Below, in pieces: positions 1 through 12,958 of a stretch of DNA of 46,231 nt. Position 1 is the stretch's first letter; every line of letters begins with the position of its first letter. The stretch lies in assembly GCA_910592345.1 (NCBI GenBank), contig CAJVPI010000174.1, positions 1 through 46,231 of the forward strand, in the 5' to 3' direction. The notes below the pieces were generated by a model. That model searched no databases. It saw only the letters and a list, made by a program, of their open reading frames with translations, and had not been told where the DNA came from. This DNA is from Paraglomus brasilianum (taxonomy: Eukaryota). The position numbers and the translations under genes are program-made.

Positions 1-543
1 CCAAGAACGGATTTATGTGACACGTGCCAACATTTTCGGAACGGCTTACAGTATAATGCTCGCAAGGAAGAAGAAGCGAAAGATTTACTAAAAAAATTCA
101 AAGAACATTTAGTTAAGGCTAAATTAGAGAGAAATTATTACAACAAAAATACGAAATTAGCAGAACAACAGAGAAAATTGGTAGATGAGTATTTTATAAC
201 AAGAGGGAAAGCTGATTATTGTAGCGTTGACGTTACTGCTCATTACAGTTATGATTGGGCACAAAATGTTCACGTACCTCACTCCGATCAACAGTTAAGT
301 AAGATTTATTATCTTAGCCCGCGTAAAGTGCATTTATTTGGTATTCAAGATGAAGCAGTACGCGAACAAATTAATTACGTTTTTGACGAGAACGAAATAA
401 TAGGCAAAGGCCCTAACGGCACACTGAGCATGGTATTCGATGGAATTAAGAAATTGAATAAAGGTGAAAAGCATTTAAAGATTGCTTGTGATAATGCGGG
501 AGGACAGAATAAAAATAACGCTACTGTTTGATTTTACTTATAT
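1..543 (+). mobile_element. Truncated DNA-transposase-like remnant (catalytic-region half; DNxxGQNKN family, possibly Sola-like)
   Basis: Frame 1 is open from base 1: PRTDLCDTCQHF...YSYDWAQNVHVP...YYLSPRKVHLFGI...KGPNGTLSMV...ACDNAGGQNKNNATV, then TGA at 529-531 followed by FYLY, after which similarity is lost. The Sola assignment is inference. Confidence 0.7.
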
Positions 544-1085
544 ACGTAAAGCAGTTACGATGCACAAACTCCGAGTTTGTCGCTCGAGATGAAAGCGCAT
601 ACAATAACAGACTTTGCAGTATCTTTTAGTACTCAATGAATTGACAGACAATGTTTACAGACAAAGATGTGGATAAGGCTATTTTGTTAAACAACCAGAT
701 TCGGGCTAATAGTTATACGTTTAAAGAATATTGTTTACAACGAATAATTACAATAAATACTATCATTACGATGTAAAGGTTAAATACCATCACTTATAAC
801 TACTAATTTAGTACGAACAAATGCCAATACAAATTAAGCGCCAATCTGCATGGGTATGGGGGTCACGTTTACTTGCGTTTAAAATCGACACCCCCCACGC
901 CACGCAAATCAACATCAACGTCGTGCGCCAATTGTTTTTTATTAATACTGTAAGTTCGATAAGCTATAAAATAAACTGTGAGTTACAAGTTTTCATTCAG
1001 TCACTAATTTAGAAAATCGCGATAATACTAATATACTGTATGTAATTGACTTTATTTCAATATAAGCACGCAATGCAATTCTTGT

Positions 1086-3669
1086 CTACACAGCTGAATC
1101 ATAGTTATTTCTTGGCATAGGTAATTCTCCTGTAGGTAAGAGTTTACTAGAGTATTTACTCTCTTTTTCGAGACGTGACAAAGGTTTTACATTATTATGA
1201 TAAATGGTATCCCATATATCAGAATTGCCATTCCAAAACAGCCTATACACAAGCTTGTTAAAAGTCTCCGACAGTGTCATTGCATATGGACGCTTGTCAG
1301 GATCAGCATCACAACACTGCTCGGCAAGTTTTTTGTATTCATCTGGTGCAGAATCAGGCATCGGTGGTCGTAGTCCGCCCATAATGTTGCATGCTAAATC
1401 TCTATCGAACTGCCTATCCCTAAAAGGTGGTTCACCGGTGGCCATTAAATACATAATAATACCAAATGCATAAATGTCTGATTTCTGAGTAAATTTGCCA
1501 GTATGAAAGACTTCCGGTGCAATAAAAGGTAAAACGCCTCTAATGGTTGACTCACGCGAATTCACCGGTTGTGAGAGACCAAGATCGCATATGTATGAGT
1601 TACTTACTTGAAACTCTTTTTTTGTACCGCCATAGTCGTCGAGAACAATGTTTCCGGCATGAAGATCACAATGCACAAATCCTGCATTATGGATAATACG
1701 CAGATCACACGCAATATCAGTCAAACACCTAACTTTCATCTTCCACGTCAAATTGTTAATATTTTGATCCAAATAAGACAAAAGATTACTGTTGTTAGCA
1801 TATTGCATAACAATCATGCACTCTTTTGTTTCCGGGTCTTGTGTCACTCCATAAATTTCAAGGAAATAAGAATAATAATCCTTGCTATTATTACTACAAC
1901 ACTTGGCATGGTTTCTGAACTATTAAATAAAATACATGCAGAGTCAGATTAAATATCGCTTTAATTAATCATACCAATTATTACTTGCCTCGGAAAGAAA
2001 TAACTCCTGCATTCCATCAAAACTCTTAAACTGTTTGAGTGCAACAGTTCGTGGCCTATTACTATTCTCTTCTGAATACCTGGCTGTATAGACAGTTGCA
2101 TAACATCCAGATCCAATTTCCTTAATTTCATCAAAGTCAGTATATGGCATATACTTGACATGTGCATTGGTTTGTATAAATTTGTCCAATAATGCACGTA
2201 TGTGGTAAAACACTAAATAGTATTCATGAGAAGATGGTTCTTCAGTGATCCCAATTATCCAAATATTATCTGGAGTCAATATTTCAGGATATTCCTTGGT
2301 TAACTGTTTGAGTAAATAAAATAGTCATTACAACAATAATCAATGTTAAATGCATGACACACATTAACATGTGCTGTAAGTTAGTAACTATTTGCATAGT
2401 TTATGCATAAAATAATTTACCTGATGAAAATCAAATAATGGATCATTTTGCTCAACTATCTTTTTGAGTGTCACACATGTCAATTCATTTGCTGTTGGTT
2501 TTAACCATTCTGCTATATGTGTGCATCTGTAGTGTAATGATGTCATCTCTTGTATGTTTGATAATAGAGAGTATTCAATCCATTGTATATATGCATCATC
2601 TTTGTTATTTGTATTATTCCATGACTCCATAATAAATGAATCCAATGAATTGTTGCCTGTAGTCCAATTGAGAGGTCTTGGTGCTTTACATCCATAACAG
2701 AATGTACTTATGCTAGGTTCAAATGCTGCTGTACATGACAGACATATTCCATTCTCACATTTTAGTAGATAATACTTTTGTTCATTTGTAATATATGTAA
2801 ATCCAATAGTTATCCAAACATGCTTATTATTATTATTATTATCACATAACTAGCGGACACGATACATAATAATAAGTCAATAATTATTTAAGCAATTCAA
2901 TAAACATGACGTATTAGTATAAGTAAATAGTTTACCTCGGCATAATATAAATCATGTGTCTCGTCTGTTATTTCAAGCGGAGTCAATTTAAAATTAACAT
3001 GATGAGGAGTAGGTAGACCATCTAAGATTAAGCCATACTTCCCCCTATAAAAACTATCAAATGGAAGCCATTCCAAATAGGCATGATTTGGTGAGTTTGT
3101 TTGTAATTGAGAATTCTTAATAAACTCATCGAGTTGCTTATTGTTGCTAGTCCATCCATCGGATAATTGTTTATGACCGCAAACGCACCACACGGGACTA
3201 CATCGGAGTATTCCACATGCGGAGCAGAATCCATATCGAGAGTAGCAAGGGTAAAAGCGTTCATCAGCAACCATATAATATTTATCGTCATGCTCGGTAA
3301 AACCCTTTATGAGTTTGTTGCGCTTTTAAGCCATGTGGAATATCTTTTGAAGTTGTTGCTATTACTATCATGCTTGTGCGTTGGAAGTGAGTATATTCTA
3401 GCAAACTCACTCACAACTGTTGGTGTACATTCTTCACTACTTCCAAGTGATAACAATATTATCTTGTCAGCATAATAATATCTCCGCTTGTAAATAGCGT
3501 AGTAGACGTTGTCCGTTGGACTTGACGTTATGTCGGTAATTTCGGAGTAAGGAATCCATTCAAGTTTACTACCATATTTATTTTCCGAGGATTGAATAAA
3601 TTTGTCAATTGCTGGATTAGTAACCCCTCGTCGTCCAAATAAGTAACGAATCCGTGGAACTAATGACAT
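1086..3669 (-). pseudogene. Glomeromycotina-type tyrosine-kinase-like (TKL) protein kinase with a repeated N-terminal module; one frameshift near 3324 (pseudogene or sequencing indel)
   Basis: Exons 3669-2936 (frameshift inside), 2849-2421, 2303-1989, 1919-1086. Motifs GSGCYATVY, VALK, HCDLHAGN, DLG, GVLPFIAPE, SDIYAFG, CCDADPDKRP. The last intron (1988-1920) has a GCAAGT donor. Confidence 0.85.
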
Positions 3670-6600
3670 CTTTTGAATAAGAAGTTTTTCCTACAATCAC
3701 GGAGAGAGCTTCTCAACGTTTATTGTGTCACATCACACAAAATAATTAATATATCATACAAATGTAAAATAATACTATTATGTACCTTCATAGAGTTATA
3801 TATTTACATGAGCGAATGGATAATTGTTAGGACGACTTGGTTGTTCTTAACGTTGCCCGAATCACACCATGCCAAATATCATGTAATTCACTCCTATTTC
3901 CAGTCAAAGCAAACGAGATATAATAAAGGGTGAGATTCAAAAATCCTATATTATTCATCTCAGTACCTACCATACAAAGTAAAGGAATTCTTGAAGATAG
4001 TTAGAGCGAATGATAGAAGATCTCATGAATGCCACCAGTCTCTATGAAGATAAGATTAATATTAATAACCTCACCATCGCCCACCCAGGCTAATAAGGAA
4101 ACCTTCTACCTATAACAGTGACAACAGCAAGCTACAGTCTAATACTTTGGCTATAACGAAGATCTGTTCATAATGAAGAATGTCTCCAAACCAATCATAA
4201 ACGAGACCTTGGTTATAAGGAATTTCAGGATATAAGGAATATTTTTTCCAGCCCATAGAATTCGGTATAACCAGATTAGACTGTAGTTGCATTACCATCA
4301 TAAATACGGTTGAGAAATATAAGGTGAGTCGCGTTCGTGTTAGTGTGCGACAGATCAAATTACTCTAGAATGCACGTTTTAACGCAAATGAGATTAACAA
4401 TGTCCAGTTTCTTCATAAAATTTATTACCAAATATCGTGTCAATGGCAGACAGTATTGATATAAAACATCGAAGTGAAATTGATTATCGTCTCTGCTCAT
4501 TCTACCAAATGATAAAAAACACACAACTGGCATCGCTAGGTAATTAGAATGTTCATATGAGTGTCCTGGTCTATTACTATTGTAAAGTACTGTTTTCGGG
4601 GATTCTAGAGTCGAGCATAAATATCCGATGCTACGCAGAGTATGAATTATTCGATTGTGCCTCCGGGAATATTCGCCTAGACTCTGATTAATATCGTACG
4701 AGACTAGTTAATCAACAAAGCACGTCATGAAGTGCTTTCCTCGTATTCCGCACGCAATTATACCACTTATCTACCTATTACTATGGCGTAACATCCTCTT
4801 CCGCAAAATTTACCGCTTATTATAGATGATACTCGAGAAATCTCGGTAGTCTACTCGAATAATTCTTTCGACAATCAAATTTTCAACCTTAATTATAAGT
4901 CCACAACATTATAATTCTGGGGAATACATTTACTAACCTTGCTTTTTATGTTATCGCTCAAAATATTATAAAGACTGACATGATGAAAGTATTCTTTGAA
5001 GAAATATTACATTTGGAACCTATGCCGCGAAAAATATAATTATTTAAGCACTGGAATGGTTTTTCTCTTGTCAAACGTTATGAAATCACGAATGTATCGA
5101 TAAAAAATCGGCCTAACCACTCAATATCAACTTGTAACGCAATCGGTCAATTGAATCGAATATAAAATATAATTGGATAGTAAATTCAAATGTTTGTTAC
5201 GAGTTTCACATCTGCATAATAAATAACTCAAACAAGTCGCGTGGACATGTAAGGGTCTTCTGGGGTTTAATATTAATCGGGTCATATTCGGGTCATATGA
5301 TGTAGTAGAAGCGTTGTTTTGTGTGCATGTATTAAATGAATGCCTACCGAATAATGATAGATAATATCTCTTCACTCTTGATGTTTATCACAATCTACAA
5401 TTGCGTATTTATGTTTATGGGTCAATCCATGCAGCTTGTATATCTAACTAACCAAATATTATATAGTCCTGTTTACTCTATCTCAGCAAACAGGATTCAT
5501 TCGGTAATTCGATTATTTTAACATATGATCCACAGATTACTTGCGAACAGACTTCGATCTGTCCGTAACGATTAACGCGCGGATCTTATGGGGTCATCGA
5601 GGACATTGGGCCAACCAAGCTAAAACGTTGTGATGCATTGGCATGGGCTTTATGGTTATGATGTCATTTCTACAACAAGCTACCCTGTACTCTGCATGTT
5701 CACTATCATAAGAGGGTATCCAAGTTTCAATGACAACAATGGTTTTTAATTGCCACAGTTATGCCATTACTGTCTTAGTATTATACGGTCTAACGCTAGC
5801 TTAATGGAAGGTCATTCATACTCTACAACAGCACCTACCCTCAATAAAGGCAGTTACTGTTCGTCCTACGCAAATGGCTGATGTTGCATAAATGGATAAC
5901 TGGAATTGCACTTTATTTTTAGTACTGCATAGATCCGAAATAATGATTGAGTGAATGCAATTTCTTGTTTCTTGGATATTATACAGAGTATTGAGTAGTA
6001 GAGACAATTGTGAGGGGTTGGATTGCGGGGAACGATTGTGCTCGATAATGTATCGCTGAAACGGGGGGTGGTGGAGAACGATATTATGCGGATGCCCCTA
6101 TCTATATACACTTTCATGGTAATGCCCTCTGTAAATCTTTCACGCACAAATGATGGGATAACCTCATAATGATAAAAACATTAACAATCGAATCCACAAG
6201 AAATGCTGTCGGCGCACGATTCGTAAGTCTTTGAGCTTTAGCGACGAATCTCATTCTGTCTGGCACAAAAAAAAACCAAGCTTTGCGGGCTATTCATTCG
6301 ATTTTCAGTATCCTACCACAGTTAACGCCAAGTCGTCGGTACGTAACACTCATTGTTTATTGTTTATCTTCCATATCAAACCTATTTTTATTTCCTTTAG
6401 TTGCGTTCTTTTCAGATGCATCACCGTATCATCCTTATGTAAATGATGATTTTTTACATCGCAATATGCGCTCTTATCTGACGGGCTGAGGGTTGTGTCC
6501 TAATTAGTATAGGATCAACTATTAGATAGAGAGTCAAATAAAGAAAGTTTGGCAAATAGTAGCCAATATAAAAGAGGGTGAGTCATGTTGAGAAGAAGGA

Positions 6601-6767
6601 TCAGATTGATTGTCAAACGGAAATTTATAGGACAGATAGTGCATGTTTATTTATTTATCTTGACTATTTCATAAACAACTGTCAGTACATCTGTGCTACC
6701 CTTCTATTTTTTAAAATCAACACCGGATACGTTTACTAAACCATCGTTTTACATTTATGCAGATAAA

Positions 6768-9023
6768 ATGTCGGCAGGCAACCAATTACCAGCAATAGAC
6801 ATTCCCGAGTCTCGTAACCTTCGTAATCGAAGACGAAGCTCTCAAGCAGGCGCGGCGGGAGTAGCTAACAGCTTAGCGAGCACATTCCAATCATGGACAG
6901 GCAATCTTGCCACAACGGCAAGGTGATTTGATTGATGATGAGATTTGTTTTCAACTTTATGGATCATTTTTCGTCTGCATTCCTAATACATCGTCGTTAC
7001 CCTCAGTACTTACATGTCAGATAACATTGCTATTCCGGCGTCGTACTTGACGGCAAATGAATTCGACAATGTCGAACAAGGCCCCACAGAAACCACTTCA
7101 ATATATTCACCGCCTCACGATTCACGCATGAATCCAATAAATATATCTTTACGACACAATCCATATGGATATTACGGAGTAGACGGTTCGTCGTTAGCTA
7201 GTAGATACTTTAGTCCGTTAAGTGGATATGGATCCTTTTTGGCACCCATTGCAGGCAGTCCGGCTGGATCAACAGATTATTTTGACAGTTCGGCACCTGA
7301 TGTATCAGAGACACGTCCACAAATGTCAAGAAGGATGTCGAGAGCATCGGTGAGGAGTGAGTTGCCGAAACTATACGATATACCCGAATCTGCTCCGCTT
7401 ATGAGGAGGTACGACTCTCGTCACTTTGTCTTGATTGATTCAGTGTGGAATTATTTACAAGATAATATGTAATTACAGGGGCTCTCAAGTATCAGCATCG
7501 ATACCGGTATCAGTGATACAGGATGTCCATGCCATTCCAATGCAATACGGATCAACATTTAAACAGTCGATATTCAATTCATGTAATATACTGATCGGCA
7601 TCGGTATACTTGCTCTGCCGCTGGGATTCAAACTTGCCGGTTGGGCAATTGGACTGTCGTTATTTTTCTTCTGTTTAATAGTCACCAATTACACTGCCAA
7701 GATTCTCGCCAAGTGTCTTGATTATGACGAAGGACTCCATACCTATGCTGACATGGGTATGTATCAATTACTTTGGGTGTATTTACTGTATTCCATCCCA
7801 TATACACTATTAACATCCGTCCATCTATGATATAGGCGCAATTGCATTTGGAGAGGGAGCAAGGAGTGTGATATCTCTTCTCTTCTCTTTAGAACTTTTG
7901 GCTTGTGCAACTGCATTGGTCATCCTCGTTGGGGATTCATTACACACGATCTTCCCTGATGTCTCGATCATCGCTTTTAAAATATTAGCATGGATTATTA
8001 TGTCTCCCTTGACACTTATGCCAATCCGATACCTATCGTATTTCTCTCTACTTGGGATATTATCAGCATCTTATCTGGCCCTTATACTGGTCTTTGATGG
8101 TCTATCAAAGCCCGCCAGACCTGGTAGCTTATTGGACCCAATGGAAACTGATACTTGGCCTCCAGCATTGGCTACTCTCCCATTGAGCTTTGGTCTAATT
8201 ATGGCTGGATTCACGGGTAAGTGTAGACAGGCAGTCTTAATAGGGTTATTTTAGTTTAGTTTAACTACTTGCAGTTCAACCTCATAGCCACGTTTGCACA
8301 GCCACTTATATTATCTGCTTTTCACGCTGAATTAGGTCATGCCGTGTTTCCAGCAATCTATAGAGACATGAAGGAACCTAAACACTATCCCAAGATGGTC
8401 AACATTACTTATGCAGTGACTGCTACCATTTACATGATAATGGCATGTTGCGGATATTTAATGTTTGGCAGAGAAACCAAAGAAGAGGTAGGGGTGGATG
8501 CTTGCATTTTCAAGAATTTGTTTGTTTCATGATTGTCCTTTTGTATCAACATATTCAAAATGAAATTATTTAGGTTACTCAAAACATTATGGCAACTCCC
8601 GGTTATAACAAAGTCCTTAACCAAATCGTTGTCTGGATGATTGCCATCAATCCATTAGCTAAATACGCCCTTACACTCAATCCAATCAATCTAACTCTGG
8701 AAATATATTGTTCTTCCATTCCGGCGGTTGGGGAGTGGTATAACTCAGGACGTGGTCGTAGAACGGCTCTCACAATTGCAACTCGTTTACTGATATCTAC
8801 ACTTGTCGTTTGGTTGGCAATCCAATTCCCTGGGTTTGATAAGGTGATGGGAATTTTAGGATCTTTCTTTTCGTATTCGGTTTCCGCAATTTTTCCTTGC
8901 GTTTGTCACCTCAAGTTGTTTGGATGGGAGCTGTCGTTCCGACAAAAGTTGATAGATTACTTTATCATTACCGTATGTACCTGCCTAGCATCTCTAGGCA
9001 CTCTCTGGGCTGTTCTTACTTGA
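6768..9023 (+). CDS. Vacuolar amino acid transporter, Avt1-like (Aa_trans/AAAP family)
   Basis: Six exons joined in frame by GT-AG introns: 6768-6922, 7007-7408, 7479-7756, 7836-8216, 8336-8487, 8574-9023. Motifs STFKQSIFNSCNILIGIGILALPLGF, GFTGHAVFPAIYRDMKEP, NPLAKYALTLNP; Ser-rich N-terminal tail and many hydrophobic helices. Confidence 0.92.
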
Positions 9024-9187
9024 GAGTATTATCACGTATTTGAACAATTGGGTAATGGGGTGATTTAAAAAGCTCGCATGTTAGAGTATCTGTATTAGTA
9101 TATCAGAGACATGAACGGACACTTACAACATAGAAAAAATTTAAAATTAGATCAATCCACGCAAAAATATTGCGAATAAAAAAAAAA

Positions 9188-9653
9188 CACTATTCTCAGC
9201 ACAATCTAAGATTTCTAATGTTGAACTTTAATTTTTTCCAAAGTATGGCTAACTTCATCCAACTCATAAACAAAGAAGTTATCTGCACAATGAATCCCTT
9301 CTAATTTTTTTAGCCCACTACAATCTAATTCTCCTAAATTACGCTTAAAACAATAAATTCTCTAAATGTTTAATTTCTAATTTTTCAATAGGATTATTAT
9401 CACAACACAGATGTTTTAATGACGAATTATTGCTTAAATCTAGTTCAACTAATTGATTGTTTGAGCAATACAAACCCTCTAGTTTGTCTAGTTCAGTTAA
9501 ATCTATCTCATTAACTTTATTATGCCGAAAAGATAATAATTCTAAATTAGGTCAATCTTCAATTGACAATTATCAACCACTAAACTTAGCTTCTAATTTA
9601 CCTTCTCAACCCGCTTCATTAGAAATATCAATCTCAGTTATCAATGAAATCAT
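9188..9653 (-). pseudogene. Decayed intronless leucine-rich-repeat protein fragment with in-frame TGA codons (endobacterial MRE-like)
   Basis: Minus strand from 9653: MISLITEIDISNEAG(TGA)EGKLEAKFSG(TGA)(TAA)LSIED(TGA)PNLELLSFRHNKVNEIDLTELDKLEGLYCSNNQLVELDLSNNSSLKHLCCDNNPIEKLEIKHLENL, frameshift, then NLGELDCSGLKKLEGIHCADN...LEILDCAEN. Clear LxxLxCxxNxL repeats. Confidence 0.75.
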
Positions 9654-9744
9654 TAATATTAATATTATTATCTAGGGTTTTTACGGGATGATCTGATCTA
9701 GTTGTTTTTCTTTTAAGCCCAAGTCCCTAACCTTATTTTGTTAG

Positions 9745-10345
9745 TGCTATCGTTTTCTAGACCTGCAATAAAATCACGGCAGACCGATTTGTAACTCGTT
9801 TCGGCTGGCAAAAGTGTAAGCGATCGAGTAATGCGATTGACATTTCTACCGGGACTTGGTAATTCACGGATTTCAGCATAGTTTTCGAGAAAATTCTTCA
9901 CGGCGGTAGCAACAGTTATATCAATGGTTATTTTAGTTTTCCATCGCGGCACTCTTTTTACCTCACCATGAACACGTGGTATTATACAAGTGATTTCGAA
10001 GTGAGTGCGGCCAATTTCTAACATATTGAGATACGTTTTCTGACAAAGAGGCGTATTACGATCCCAATAATAAAAAGTTTTTTTTATTCGTACGCGTTTT
10101 CTTTTTAAGACGTCGGCTGACAGTTATTTCTCCGCCATTCATTGCTTTCAGTTGAGCCATTAAAAATATATTTTTCTCGGGTCTAGAAAGAGCTTGAAAC
10201 GCCTCACGTAATTCAGCAAACTCTTCTCTTGGAATCTTTTTTGAGCAACCACAATACAACCTATATCCAAGAAACGCATGGCTTTTTCATATTCAACAGA
10301 ACCGTTATAGTATTCTTCATATACGGATAATCCTATATATAGATT
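9745..10345 (-). mobile_element. Frameshifted N-terminal remnant, probably of the same transposase-like family as 1-543
   Basis: CGCSKKIPREEFAELREAFQ..., frameshift in an A-run near 10080, then TFYYWDRNTPLCQKTYLNMLEIG...PRVHG...FLENYAEIRELPSPGR...LLPAETSYKSV. Family link is from recalled motif order, not from an alignment. Confidence 0.6.
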
Positions 10346-12958
10346 TTATCACTTTCGTAATAGTAATTTCGACAATCGAATTGATCCGAATTTTACGGTG
10401 GTTTATTGCAATTGAGTTTAGTTTTAATTGAAACTTACAGACATTCTGCAAAAATTTCTAAGTTTGCTGGGTATTTTATCACTTATTTGTACTATATACA
10501 GTTATGCTATTTGCATAAATTAGCTGAAAACTTTTGAATTAGATTTAAATGCCAACATTGCAAATTGCATTTCTCACTATTGATGTACAAATTAACGCTG
10601 AGCTCTCAAGAATTAAAATGAAAGTCCTATCGTTTCTACATCAGCGCCTTTTCAACTCAAGAAATCTTACTCGTATCTCGAAAATGCGTCCCTCTTTCAC
10701 CATCTCCCAACACCTCCTCAAAAACTATAAACTTTTACCTCAACTTGGGATACTACCAACATTTTTACACCTCGGATTCTCAGTTAACTAGAAATTCTCT
10801 CACATAACGTACGCTTTCGTGATAATCATGATCTTTTGAAATACAGGAATTTTTTATGCCTCACTTTTTTCTCATTAAAGTATTTAGGCAACACTCTCTA
10901 CATTCATCTACAATGAGTGGTCACGCGTAGAATATCAATCGAGTGAACTTCGTCGTCGTGCGATCAAAATCACTACAAGGATTACCATTAATGTTTTTGA
11001 ATGCCGTTCGAAATTCTGAGGTGAACATGAGTTTCTTAGCACTATACTTTTCCAGAAACTTTAAGGTATGATGAGTAAACATCTGGGTTTTTTTACTAGG
11101 AAAAATCGGATATATTTTATTTATGTTAAATTAAGCAATTATTTAATTTTTACGCGCGTTCTCTTAAACACCAGCAAGTATTGTTTATTTTCAATTTTCT
11201 TCTTCTTTGTCAATCAAGGAATCTGATAAATACTTTAAATTTGCTGGATTCACAGAGATAAATTTTGGTAATAAAATAATAAAAAATGAAACAATTTTAT
11301 AATAATAACTTAGTTAACTACTTCAATGGTGCGGCTTCAATTACAATTCTCAGTCGCTTCTTTTATAACAATCTGTTGCCTCCATGCACTCTGGAACTTC
11401 CGCATATACCAAAAATATTAGGATCGTATCTCTTACCATTTTTACAGTTCGCTTTATAAACAAACTTATTATTCAGTTACCGGCCTGGGAGTCGGATTAA
11501 AGATCATGATAGCTGTCTGTTATTTGTATCAAAACTAGAAATACAAGCTGATTGTCTCATGCTAAACCAAATTCCACATGTACATGATATAGATATACAG
11601 CTATATCTCTGGCACGAAGGGATTTTTTCTCCCTCGGCTTATCTTATCGGAAAGAGGAGAACCGTAAAAGACAGTATGGTGAATATATTGTTACTTGTCG
11701 CTTTACAGTAATTTTGTTTTCTTATATTATATTAACAATTTTAATAATTTACATGTGAATTTTTTGTTAATTCTCCTTTGAAAACAAACTTCCGCTTGCC
11801 AATAATATATAAAGAAATGGCGGAAGATCCATGGGCCCCTCAAGAGGTATCAAGGACTCGATCTGACAAGCTGTTGAAACCATTGCAAAAAAAATTGAAG
11901 ACTCCCACATCCTACGCATCATATATGTATAAAATAATAAGATCTTATTTAATTTGTTTTATGATTTTTCCATGGCGCTGGTCAACTTTTAACTTCACCA
12001 GAACAGTCCCTAGGTTGCTACAACATGTACGTCTTCTAATCCTTCGTAACAGAAACAACCCGTCTTTCTCATCATATGCATTCACGTGAAAACGCGAATA
12101 AGCATATTTCTGTCTATTTGCATAAAAGTTCGCTGGCAATATGTTAAAATAGCTATAGCGCGGTATTGCGTAGCTTTGCAATAAAGTTGTACATTATCAT
12201 ATTTGTACATACATTGTTGAGTCTCATTCTAAACGTATCGCCTTTGCATTCTATCCGTAATAAAGATGGTATACACGAGCAAGACTTGTCTACTGTGGAA
12301 CACGAGATTTGCTCGCAGATAAATATCTTTATTTTTCGACAGGCCATGTTATGTTTGTTCAGTAACGTGATTTTTGTCGAATTTTGGCATTTTATCTGAA
12401 TCTCTCGCACGAGTCAATTGAGGTTTACCAGAAACACGTTATATGTTATTGGTTTTCCAGCTATAAACGGTATACGGGTTTTAACGAAGGTACCCTCATG
12501 CAGTAATATAATCGTATATCGGTAATTTTAAGATTTATTTACTTGTCAGCGTTTTGGATACTGTTGAGTTTATACGTTCAGCTAGCGGAAGATATTTCTA
12601 ACTTTTGTGTGAATGCGAAACCTTTCGCGTAATACAAGTGGGCATTGATATAAAGATGCAGTCGTTAGATTAATTGTTAGAAATTAATATTAACCGCCGT
12701 TTTGGCGAAACCTCTAAAAGATTTACGTTATTCTTGTGTTCATTTACCCCACAGCTAGTGAAACTTGCAATGCATGAGCGATCCGCCTAGCCCGGTCCAG
12801 GCTCGAAATCTCGTCATTTGCACACAAACAAATCGTTTTTATAGAAAACCCGCGATGTTGTTACTTCTTCATTGTTATAGAAATTACTCGACATTGCTCT
12901 GACACTCTCTCACTCGTTCGATGTACTGACAAACTGAAACTCTGAAGGATTAATCCTA

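Noticed and set aside
3930..6200. Stop-riddled frames, including a hydrophobic stretch near 5580-5890
   Set aside because: Probably decayed gene or TE debris; no motif I can identify.
10550..11520. AT-rich coding-like debris, possibly more MRE-derived DNA
   Set aside because: No consistent frame or diagnostic TGA-Trp pattern.
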